From Botryllus schlosseri (lineage: Eukaryota), in contig CM119371.1 in assembly GCA_051294905.1 (NCBI GenBank), forward strand, positions 31,684,001 through 31,748,000: a DNA stretch of 64,000 nucleotides, read 5' to 3'. The translations under genes were made by a program, and so were the position numbers. Below are positions 54,801 through 64,000 of this stretch, one piece after another. The stretch's first letter is position 1. Every line of letters begins with the position of its first letter. The notes beneath the pieces are model-generated. The model had not been told where the DNA came from, searched no databases, and saw nothing but the letters and a program-made list of their open reading frames with translations.

Positions 54801-57800
54801 AAAAGTACTTTGTTACTGACCACTTCCTGTGCTATCTGAGTATTTGGAAAATCGAACTGCGAATCAATGATCAAAACATCACATGGAACAAATATTTTAT
54901 GAACAATATCGTGTATTGCAGTGGTGCAGTGGTGCAGTGGAGTAATATATGTCTCTTTTAGGTATAAGATATGGCTCTTTGCCAAATATTAATTTTTGTA
55001 CGGAATTGTTCAATATTTCAGCGACTTGTTAGATTTTTCTCACGACCAGAATAATTATTCTCGTGGCAGTATAAATATGTTTTTGAGCGGTAAAGACAGT
55101 GCCGTCTTCAGGTGTAGGGGCTCTGACCTCATCTTTTCAAAATCCTCAAATTTTAGTTACTGTCGCACCGGCGACCAATTATCCCTCGCGAATAAGAGGT
55201 ACCCGATTCGAAATCTTGGATTGCGCGATACCTTGATTAATCGAAGAGCGTAGCAGAAATGGCGACGCCAATATCACAACGCAGTTTTCAAATACACATT
55301 GTCGTCCTGATCCACGGCGCGAAATGAACTGTCGTGGACGTAACATTCACAATTACAAACTCGAATTACAAACAACGCCATAGCTATCCACGTTCTTGAT
55401 TGGTAAGTATCTCCGGGGTAAAATGTGCGCGTGTAGCGCAGAGTCATGTTACCGCCGAAGACTTTGAGAATTGAGAAGTCGATCAGTATATAGATTTTCG
55501 GTATCAATGTGACAGTTACATTTGGTAATTATCAGTTATAATAAATTCTAAGCTATTAGAGATGAATTGCGTTTGCAATGGTGAGGCTTGACCCGTCTGT
55601 GCTTTACCTTTCGATTCGAGCTTCAGTTTCTAACAATAAATACCAGTTTTTACAGAGAAAATGTGGTGTACAGTACGGATCACATGTAGTGAGTTCGAAT
55701 AAGTGCATAAGTGCTATCATGACGTCACGAAATGTCCATTGTGGCGTAGCAGTTGATTGGCATGTATGGCTCTTTGGGAGTTAAAATGAAAAAAAATAGG
55801 GCCAATATGGCTCTTCGCACAAAAAAGGTTCCCGACCCCTGGTGTATTGGATGCATTTTTTCAGTGAATTGCACAATTCCGGTGCTCCAATTAGACATTG
55901 TCATCGGCCGTCACGATCCCACTTATTTTAACCATCAACCAATATCTATCTGGGATTAGGGCGTTCATACCGGCTGTCCGCGGTTGCGATTACGCGTCTA
56001 CACAATATACATATATCGTGCATGTCCTTTTACCGTGAAAAAAGAATGTGACATACCTGTTAGCTGACAATATTCCTCGTCTTCACGTTTAGGACAATCC
56101 CACCTGTGCACAAAAATTTTAATTTACTGATATCTGTGATGTTCCCCAGTCAATTGCCTTCTTAGAGTCACATGCCTAACGCTGAGGTGAGACAACCATC
56201 ATGGATACAAGCCATGTGGTTGGCTTGTGATGCCGTGAACGTCTCTATAATGAATTTTCCTGTATCCAAGCACATATTCGCACTTTTGTGAAACCGTACT
56301 AATGACTCTTCAATGATGGTAACATATTACATGTTCATTGCGAATTCGCGATACTATTGTCGTCGGCGTTCGTGCAAACCTTCGTGGTCGCGTTCTTGCT
56401 CGGATTTGCTCAACCTAGCCCAATATTTTTAACTGTGTGATGAGTAGGCTATTACATGCGTTGTTCGTACTCGTGATTTCCGTTCGAAATTATATTTAGT
56501 CTTCTTTCCCGTGTTAACGCAGAATAAAGAAGTCATATAAGCCAGATTTCCAACGACTGTCACCCAATTCTCCAAATCTATCTCTTTCGAAATAGTTGCA
56601 ACTTTTAGCATTTTGTAGGCTGAAACAGTAATGGATGAATCGAGATCATTCTGCTGCACCTGCAGTAAATGAAATGTTAGCATCATCGATTATCTGGATG
56701 TTGATTGAATAATATTTGTTTCGAATTATATATTCAAACTTGTCATCACGCGGGAAAAGTTGTGAGTGTCTGCTGCAGGCCTGTCGATCTAATGGCTCCT
56801 TGACGCTATTTACTGCTCGTAACGAATACAAATTATCGACTCAAATTTGTCCATTCAAATTTCTATGCTTCTCCATTCGTTCGCGGTTAAATAATCCCGT
56901 TATTGACCTTTTTCAATGTGACGTGGGATTATTAATAAATGAAATAACAAACAGCCGTAATGCCGAGATTTATCAACACAATCAATTACTCTCAATGGTG
57001 AATGTACGAACACGACAGGTATTGGCCGTATGTGATTACCCGAAGGTATTTAACTGAACTCATTTGGATTTTTTTTATCTTGGCCGTTAGAAGAAAGCAT
57101 CGTATAACGATCAATATATGTTCGGGCATATCCAGCACGCCGACGATTTTATTGTAATGAACAGCATGAATAACTCCCTCCTCCTACCTGAGCATGTAGG
57201 CTCGTTTCATCATTCAAAACAGCTACTTACGCATTCTGCAAATTGATGTTACAAGCGCATGGACCACACTGTAAGTACCATAAGTTCACATAATGATACC
57301 ATGGTCAGTAACTACATTAATCGCTGCTTTCCGCAATAATTGTCATTGGTCGATGGTCATTCTTTTGTAGCGTACCTGCCATCGCAGACTTTCCAGGCGC
57401 CAATCAGTTTTCTAGACGTATACTCCTCACCATCGCATTTCATTGACGGCAGTCGTATATATCCAGTTTCGTTCGATTCTGTGGATTAAGCACAAATATT
57501 TTCATCACATAAAAATAATTGAATTGGGAAGACAGAGCATACCCCAAACGAATTTTTCACACAGTTTTGGTCGAATTGTCGGCGAACAGAGACATTCGTC
57601 AGTGAGGTCACGACAGTCGAATTCACCGTTACATAACTTCGAAATCGGTAGAACCACGAGTGGATCAGTCAAGCAACGGAAACAGTTGTTGTCCGAATAG
57701 TCTGATATAAGACATGGAAACGTTAATAACATATACAAATTCGAATGAATGCTACCTACAATTCTTGTTTTCTCCACAGAGGCACTCGTCGATATCTGTA

Positions 57801-60800
57801 TATAAATAAATCCACCATTTTGTTGTTGGGTTTGTGGTATTCATTGTGTGTGTTCGACTGCAACGCTCATCTTTAAAAGGCTGGCTATCTTTATTTGGAT
57901 TCCGTAATGCCGACTTATAGAACGGCCCATTTCTTGGCTTTTTCAAGACACAACTTGCGCCTACTTTTACTTATAATTGGGTATATAGAGATATGGCGTT
58001 TCTTCTACTTCTATTTATGTAACAATGATGAATATCTTGACCGCCTCTGAGGCACTCTAATACTGAAGAAAGACGGTTTCTTTTCGTGGCGTTCGGAGTT
58101 ATAAAGGGGCCAAATAGTCAATCAGAACACTATTTTCCTGCCCATGCCATTCTTTACTACCTATCAAGGGAACCAGGCTAGATCGACCGAACTTACAGCC
58201 TACCGATCACGAAACGTACTGCACATGCGACGCATGTAAATGCCTCCATACACCTACCGAAGTCGCAAAATGGAACTCCATCGCATATATTGGAAATCGG
58301 TATCAAACACTGTCTTCCATTGCGAGGGCATAGTCTGTCCGACATATTTGTTGCGTCTGAAACGGTTACTTCGTCGCTCCCGTCACTGCAAATAGAGCAG
58401 ATAAACGTGAATCATAAAAAGAGATACGCTCCCTGATGTAGCAGTATGTTTGCTGAGATTGAACAGATTTTTAAACATTATATCATTTATTTTGTTCTAT
58501 TCGATGCTGGTCAGTCACAAACAAATTTTATTGACAAAAAGGGAACATGCGGTCGTAATGTAATTCCATCATCAGAAATCAAGCCAGCTATGATACCAAC
58601 AGTGCCTTTGTATGGAAAGTCCGTTGTATCCAGAGTAGAATCCTTTAGAAGTAGACAGAGACGGGCAGTAACAGAGTAGTTCTACTTTACCGAATTTCTC
58701 GCCTACGTTTTGTCCCCATGCACTACTTTCCAAGTAGATACGTTGTAGAACAATTTCACCCGATCTGCTGGTTTCGGGAAAAATTACTTAGATTTTAAAT
58801 TTGGTTGGATGGTTGGTTGGTTAAATAGTTGCTGATTCGAGTCTCGGTTCTGCCATGTTTCTATGTGTCGGAGGCTTATCTGGTCTCCTCATCGTCGATC
58901 CCTCTGTATTTACAACGCCTTGAAAAGCCCAGAGGAGGAGAGAGTCGAACTCTGTAAAGAGGACCGCTAAATACCAGAAAAAGAAAGCAAGACTGCAAAT
59001 ATATTGATGTTACTGCAATTACCGTGTTGGGCGCAAATAACCTTATAGGCGATAAGCGCCAATGTTGTGAATAAAATAAAACAAATCAAACTGACAAAAG
59101 TATGAGAACCTTCGAACCCCACGTAGCCTTTTGTTTTATTTTTGTTCGCAACATTGACGCTCATCACCTATAACGTCACTCTCGCCCAGCACGGTAATTT
59201 CATTAATATCCGTGTCTTCGTGGTATTTTTCGTCATATTATGGACGATTTCCATGGTCGAGCGACCCATCATCGGCCGTTCTCGTTTTTCGTGCCTCCGT
59301 ATTTAGAGTCTTTGCAGCCGACTTTTTGGCTCAGCTCCCCTTCCTTCGCTATTTCATACACCGCAGCCAGGATAGCAATGAGGCGTCTAGATAAGTCTCC
59401 GAATGGCGTTGGTGTCGTGACGCAGGCGCTTAACCCTCTGTGCCACTCGCTCCCCCAAACTACTTGGTAGCTAATTAGTTGATTACTTTCAAGACCTTTT
59501 ACTTTTTTACTTGAAACGGTTTGGACATCTTTTGGAATTCGGTAATTCTGATTGTAATCGAGTTGAAATTTTTGATGCTTCTTCGAATTCTACTTGAGGA
59601 CCAATGCTGACTACTTTGACAACCTTTCCAATTGTATTGCTTGTAACTTAATACTTTGTACACGGCTTGCGTCAGACTTAAATCGAGAATTAAGGTCTGA
59701 ATTCGTAACCGCATTTAGCGACGCAAGTTCGAATTATCATTGAAATAATGGTGTCGACGTTCCTACAGCTAATACCCACTCGCAATCTGCAGTTCCATCG
59801 CAAAACTTGTATTCTAAAATGCAAAGCGCTCCGTTGGCACAGGCAAATTCGTTCGACGTACATTCTGAGCCTGCAAGGACAGAAGTGTCATTTTATGAAG
59901 TAGGTTACCATATTTTGAAATCGGGAAAGGGGTACACTTGTACCAAATCTTAAAAGTTATTTGACCTGCATTGAAAACCTGCATTGAAAACAGCCGATTT
60001 TGTGATATGTACCGGAAATCTGGTTGTTTTGCCTAAAAAGAGGGTCATCACTTCGACTCGATTCCCGGTTTACCCACTTTTTACACTTATTATGTGCTGT
60101 TGACTTAAAAAAAGGCTGTCACTTTCATTTGACTCCCGAAGGACACGCTCGAACGTCTTTATTACTTATTTTACGTCATTTATCCTGATTTTCGGTGGAC
60201 TCTATCCATTATCCTAGCTTTAAAAGCTGTTAAGGTGGACGAAATGCCAAAATTGAAGATATTTTCACCTCCTTGAAAAAAACGACGAATCCTCATTAGA
60301 GCAGGTTTGGTAACCCGATATAAATGTCAAATATATGTTACACCGCGACACATATATATGTGTCGTACTGCTGAACATGGGGCTTTAGCGCGTCACACGT
60401 ATGCTGCTAGTAAGAAACCATGGGGCGTAATGTGAAATATACGTTACGGTGATATTTGAATTAAAATGAATACAAGCCCTCGTATAAGCCAGGGCTCCCT
60501 GATATAAATCCGGTGACGATCCTGTTAATCAGTGTAGAACACGTAACGACTCATTAGCATTCGATTGCTATCAAAGGTTGGGTGGATAACATTGACGTGT
60601 GCGTCTTATACACATTTGTCTGGCGCACTTGGCTAAATTGTGTATTATTTCAGTTCGGAACAATTATCAGCATCAAATGCATGACAACCGTCAGTATGGC
60701 CCATTCAGACGATTTCATCAGTATTTTGTAAACATCGAAACAAAGTATACTCAAACAACAGAAAAATTATGTTTGGGCAGTTTTGTGTGCACGCTGCCGG

Positions 60801-61323
60801 TCGCACATATCCTGGTGGGTATAGGTGATTTTAGATATCTGGCAAAACATTTGTAGCACCCTTCCTTCATACTAAAAGTCACTCTTATCATAGCCTTTAA
60901 AGTCGCTGACATATCTCTTACTATGCGGGCCCGGAGAAGTAGCGACCAGCTATAATCATGTCACAATACGAAAAGGATAAACAATTTAGGCATTAACCTA
61001 TGGATACGCCACTTGCGAAAAGTCCTAGCCTCATTTCAAGACCCAGGAATTGATCTTCCCGGCTGCAAGCGGGACCGTGGTCGCACTTTGAAGCCAAGTG
61101 GAAATTGCTACACGAATGAATTCTAATCGTGGAGAACAAGACGATAAATATTTAGTCGACATCCTTACCTTCACACATTTCGTTCTTGTAAGGTACTAGA
61201 TTCGCTGGCAATTGGCATATTGAACGTTTGAAGTTATAGCCGTCATTTCTCCATTTCATGCGGCAAAATGTAGCATTGCTACCAATACCTTCATCTCGCA
61301 GTGGCTTCTCATCCGTACCATCC
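39672..61323 (-). CDS. Gene A (5'-partial, spliced): LDLa-repeat-containing rhodopsin-class GPCR (LGR/RXFP/GRL101-related 7TM, no LRRs seen)
   Basis: 20 phase-compatible GT-AG exons: 61169-61323, 59780-59870, 58258-58385, 57760-57795, 57543-57701, 57376-57478, 56057-56103, 49658-49726, 49251-49398, 47862-47969, 47450-47513, 47295-47381, 46056-46185, 45603-45760, 45360-45541, 43557-43682, 42227-42328, 41936-42154, 41116-41273, 39672-39874. About 8 LDLa-like modules, then LSFSDMIVG (TM2), WRSSSTC (ECL1/TM3), YYSSHGVCLP (ECL2), TDFLCWIPI (TM6), PINSALNPLLYS (TM7), and stop TAA at 39672-39674. Confidence 0.92.
40536..40975. mobile_element. MITE (same family as 10661-11090)
   Basis: Colinear similarity to 10661-11090; TSD CTAATGAC/CTGATGAC. 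Confidence 0.85.
41116..41273 (-). CDS. Gene A exon: ICL3 + TM6
   Basis: QATANLTGANSHAGDEKYNEANRKLQRKLTRIVVTDFLCWIPICIMGFLTFN; donor gtgagt. Confidence 0.93.
41936..42154 (-). CDS. Gene A exon: ECL2 C-part + TM5
   Basis: STEWSQLKNMIHGVNPNISVTYEFGYYSSHGVCLPTFFPDPSTDRTWRYSFFLLLVNFLAFLYMSICYVLLFR. Confidence 0.92.
42227..42328 (-). CDS. Gene A exon: ECL2 N-part
   Basis: FNENRIFKVMYYHEIQYTKNWLSIMNVTHMSRYG; phase 2-2, acceptor atcag, donor gtacgt. Confidence 0.75.
42658..43142. mobile_element. MITE with CCGATA subterminal motifs
   Basis: TIR TAGAGGTCG / CGACCTCTA; TSD TTATGAAT/GTATGAAT. Confidence 0.78.
43557..43682 (-). CDS. Gene A exon: TM4
   Basis: PLSRPHLTGTTFAISLAWVISILLGTIPLIPQLEDYFVSSVA; donor gtaagt. 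Confidence 0.92.
45360..45541 (-). CDS. Gene A exon: TM2 end, ECL1, TM3
   Basis: VYAFSICIKASRNDTDYCHVDREWRSSSTCAALGAIMVIGSEQSVFTMAIIATQRLHSAMR. Confidence 0.93.
45603..45760 (-). CDS. Gene A exon: TM1-TM2
   Basis: LAAIIGCTGVIAITLRTMIKPLLSNHVTSTSTRNKIIRRLILSLSFSDMIVG; donor gtgagt. Confidence 0.92.
46056..46185 (-). CDS. Gene A exon: last LDLa + hinge + start of TM1
   Basis: VCDGIKDCKSGVDECQAGCVKSAFSDEKSLIASEAILAISWII. Confidence 0.92.
47295..47969 (-). CDS. Gene A three LDLa exons (47862-47969, 47450-47513, 47295-47381)
   Basis: CRHFETGSPIDVTLDEVCDGMSQCEQYADELGCKSR|FYCSDQPLPNIAIEKKCDMQA|DCDSGTDEADCPHFSCKDDGILQYISQNA. Confidence 0.9.
48213..48475 (-). mobile_element. tRNA-derived SINE (most complete copy)
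   Basis: Minus strand: GGCAGTGGTATAATCCGCGGCTGCAACACC...GGTTCGAGTCC (pol III A/B boxes), then a tRNA-unrelated body and A-rich tail; fragments at ~1741-1902(-), ~38228-38345(+), ~57818-57950(-) and ~58835-58935(+). Confidence 0.75.
49251..49726 (-). CDS. Gene A two exons (49658-49726, 49251-49398), LDLa-like
   Basis: ESRQRMSPSDRVLDYKCYEPPGK|YGTACDGIPECNDFMDEECNCETEPGFCDHIVVYDYDFTDYLHYQDHRPK; the first exon is less certain. Confidence 0.82.
50395..51109. mobile_element. hAT-like MITE (same family as 6763-7414)
   Basis: TIR CAGGGCTGGCCAACC / GGTTGGCCGGCCCTG; exact TSD GTCTAAAA; internal similarity to 6763-7414. Confidence 0.9.
51601..52157. mobile_element. MITE of the GACTCGAGTC-rich family (opposite orientation)
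   Basis: TIR CAGGGTTGTAA / TTACGACCCTG; TSD GAAATGCA/GAAATACA. Confidence 0.85.
52395..53693. mobile_element. hAT-like MITE (same family as 28144-29423)
   Basis: Same TIR; TSD AAAAACAC/GAAAACAC; reverse-complement similarity along its length. Confidence 0.88.
56057..58385 (-). CDS. Gene A five LDLa exons (58258-58385, 57760-57795, 57543-57701, 57376-57478, 56057-56103)
   Basis: DGSDEVTV...CLIPISNICDGVPFCDF|DIDECLCGENKN|YYSDNNCFRC...LCNGEFDCRDLTDECLC...|...WKVCDGR|WDCPKREDEEYCQLT; all phases compatible. Confidence 0.88.
59780..59870 (-). CDS. Gene A 91-nt LDLa half-exon (A-type)
   Basis: GSECTSNEFACANGALCILEYKFCDGTADC; same length and phases as gene B A-exons. Confidence 0.9.
61169..61323 (-). 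CDS. Gene A B-type exon (most 5' exon visible)
   Basis: DGTDEKPLRDEGIGSNATFCRMKWRNDGYNFKRSICQLPANLVPYKNEMCE; phase 2-1, donor gtaagg. Confidence 0.88.
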
Positions 61324-61468
61324 CTGACCAAGTAGAAAACGATTGATTGTAGCTTTATGCTATATATATATATATATGTATACATGATTTAATTGCTAAA
61401 CATAGTGTAGGTATCTGTTGACCCTAGACTCCGGTCGAGGTCGAAGCGTCACTGGTAAATATTTAGAG

Positions 61469-64000
61469 CAGTGGTTCTCAACCGGGGGTCTGCGGACCCG
61501 TGGGGGTCCACGAAGCATTTTCAGGGGGTCCGCGAGACCTCCAAATTTAAAAAATGATTAATAGACTAATTTGTATTTTTTCAATAAGGTAAATCACGAG
61601 ACAGATTCGCTTCATAACTGGTAAAACTTCACGACTCACATAACAAAAATGGCCATCGGAAATGAAGCATCATACTATACAAACTCATTTTTATTGATAA
61701 ATTTACAGCAGCCTAATGATACAAACATATATTGCTATTTGAAGATGTTTTATCGGGGTCTTCTCTAAAATATAAAGTCAGACTAGTAAGATCAGGGCCG
61801 TAACAGCACTTCGTCAGGCCCCCCCCCCCCAAAACTTTGATCTTGGGCCCCCCAGACCCCCCTCCGCCGATACACTGTTTACCACTATTCATCATATTCA
61901 TTGGGAGTTTCTTTAGTGCGACAGCTTTTGTCGCCTAAGCGCGCGAAGCGCGCAAAATTTCTAGAATACATGATTTCATCGGTCAGTATGATCGGGAATT
62001 GCATACATTGCTATCAATTTTTATCTTCTCTCTGCTCACGTAATCAGATTTGCCGGTAGAGCTGAGTGAGGTGTGTTTAAAAAGGTAGGACCACTCAATA
62101 ATAATTAAACATCTTCGGGCGTATACCCGTTGGCAGGAACAAAACAGCACCTCGTCAGGCCCCCAAAAACGTGGGTCTTGGGCTCCCATAGGGTGATAAA
62201 ACGACCCCCTCCATCACGTTGTTTGCGTTTGTCACGAAATTACCCGTACTGTATAGTGAGCCAGCGCGAAGCGCGAAAATTTTCGATAATTTATGATAAA
62301 ATCGGTCAATCAGATCGGCGACTGCATATATAATATGCTATCAATATATTGTCCTCTCTACTCACGTAATCAGATTTGCCGGTAGAGCTGAGTGAGGTGT
62401 GTTTGAAAAGGTAGGACCACTCAATAATAATTAAAAATCTTCGGGCGTATACCCGTTGGCAGGAACGAAACAGCACCTCGTCAGGCCCCCAAAACGTGGG
62501 TGTTGGGCTCCCATAGGGTGATAAAACGACCCCCCCCCCATCACGTTGTTCGCGTTTGTCACGAAATTACCCGTACGGTATTGAGAACCAGCGCGAAGCG
62601 CGAAAATTTTCGATAATTTATGATAAAATCGGTAAATCAGATCGGCGACTGCATATATAATATGCTATCAATTTATTGTCCTCTCTACTCACGTAATGAG
62701 ATTTACCGGTAGAGCTGAGTGAAGTGTCTTGAAAACGGGAGGGCCCGTAAATAATGATTAAACATCTTCGGGCGGGCGGAACCGTTGATATGACTTCGTT
62801 ACATGATGTTATTTCGTGACTTCAAGTCTGCTATATCAAAAAATATAGAACCGCCCAAACGTAGGCTTCTAAACTAAGAGAAGCACACGATTTAAAATTG
62901 GTATTTCTGCACTGGCATAAAATTTTTCCCAGCGGGATGGTATTTGTCTTGTGAGGTTCAGATTGCAAAGACAGAAACATTCGGCGCCAGTCATTTAGGC
63001 GCCTATGGACAATTTAACCTATATGTATTTTGTATATATAACGAAGTCTTTGATCTGCATAAGGGCATAGACCTTTTCTCGCTGCCAATCGTTCTGGCAC
63101 ACTTCTTGGAGTCGCATGTTATATGGCCTAAAACTTGATTGTATGTCTTGGTGGGTCGTGTCGCGGTAATGGCCCAATACCCAACAGGAATGATAAACGG
63201 CTACGTGAATTCGCGCGCAGCGCGAAAAAATTTTGAAAAATTGCATAAATTTTCAAAAAATACTCTATGATTTTTGCTAATTCACGAAATAATTTTGGGC
63301 CCCCGTCGAGCTCGGGCCCCCCCCAATTGGGGGGTTTGGGGTGCGGCAGTTACGGTGCTGAGTAAGATCAATCACGGTGACTTCGAGATGTTTGTAAGTT
63401 GGCAGTCTCAGTAATATAGTCAGCAGTCGCAAGAAATGGAAATTTTTGATCCATTTTCTTCTGTATACCTAACCACTATTCAAGTATAATTGCAAGTTGA
63501 TCTGCTAGATAGGAATGGCTAGGCTGGACTTTCACTCAAAAAACTGTTTCTAAATTTTGGAGCCTTATACGGTGTCGTCGGAAGCGTTACGAGTTAATAT
63601 TACATTCACCGCCACCTGTCTTTGAGGAAGTGGATTTTCAGCACTCGTTTACAGCAAATCAGAAGCGCGGGTTTCAAGACATGACCATAAATTTCAATAA
63701 ATGTACCTGAAATATTCGCTTTGAAATAATAAAAATTGATACACTTTCCACATAATGTATGATATTATTTATAGGATCAGTCAATTTGTTGCTATTTATC
63801 ACTGCAATTTCTACATAATGTATGATAATATCTATAAGATAGGCCATTTTGCTGGTGTTTATCAATATCCCACAGTTAAATTTTGCAGACATCATATCAC
63901 GGTTGCGCGATAATTGAGCTAAATTTAAACGAAAACTTGAGGGGGTCCGCGGCGCTCCCTGACGGCCGAAAGGGGTCCGCGAGGACAAAAAGGTTGAGAA
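61469..64000. mobile_element. hAT-like MITE (CAGTGGTTCTCAAC) enclosing a nested element; right TIR cut by the window edge
   Basis: Left CAGTGGTTCTCAACC with GGGGTCC motifs; the window ends in GGGGTCCGCG...GGTTGAGAA. Confidence 0.78.
61793..63360. mobile_element. Nested MITE with internal ~327-bp tandem repeat
   Basis: Ends CAGGGCCGTAAC / GTTACGGTGCTG; exact TSD AGTAAGAT; units start near 62009, 62335 and 62663. Confidence 0.85.

Noticed and set aside
56429..57270. Strong-looking acceptor/donor sites and ORF (56429-56686; 57231-57268) in a gene A intron
   Set aside because: The flanking exons already join into a clean LDLa (VCDGR|WDCPKREDE); these candidates are phase-incompatible or lack motifs.
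63073..63127. Phase 1-2 Cys-containing candidate exon upstream of gene A (HITCDSKKCARTIGSEK)
   Set aside because: It lies inside the TSD-bounded element 61793-63360 and lacks the LDLa A-exon pattern; the real upstream exon is probably outside the window.

Overview
AT-rich, intron- and transposon-rich eukaryotic (animal) DNA. The gene type and short introns suggest an invertebrate chordate such as an ascidian, but this is inference only. Most entries in the ORF track are spurious. Reading GT-AG splice sites by hand gives two tandem, multi-exon minus-strand genes. Gene A (20 exons seen, 61323->39672, 5' end beyond the window, ~823 aa visible) encodes a rhodopsin-class 7TM receptor of the LGR/RXFP/GRL101 type. 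Its ectodomain is a string of LDL-receptor class A (LDLa) modules joined directly to TM1, with no leucine-rich repeats in the visible part. Gene B (ATG at 31123, running off the left edge) encodes a signal peptide and at least seven tandem copies of a frame-preserving two-exon, 8-cysteine module: a 91-nt LDLa half-exon plus a DxSDE exon carrying a variable, N-glycosylatable Cys loop. The same module occurs at the 5' end of gene A, so B is probably a paralogous receptor with an expanded ectodomain. Introns and the intergenic gap contain many non-autonomous TIR elements (mostly 8-bp TSDs, often nested), a 2.6-kb element with ~660-bp inverted arms, a tRNA-derived SINE family, a 5'-truncated CR1/L2-group LINE and several minisatellites.
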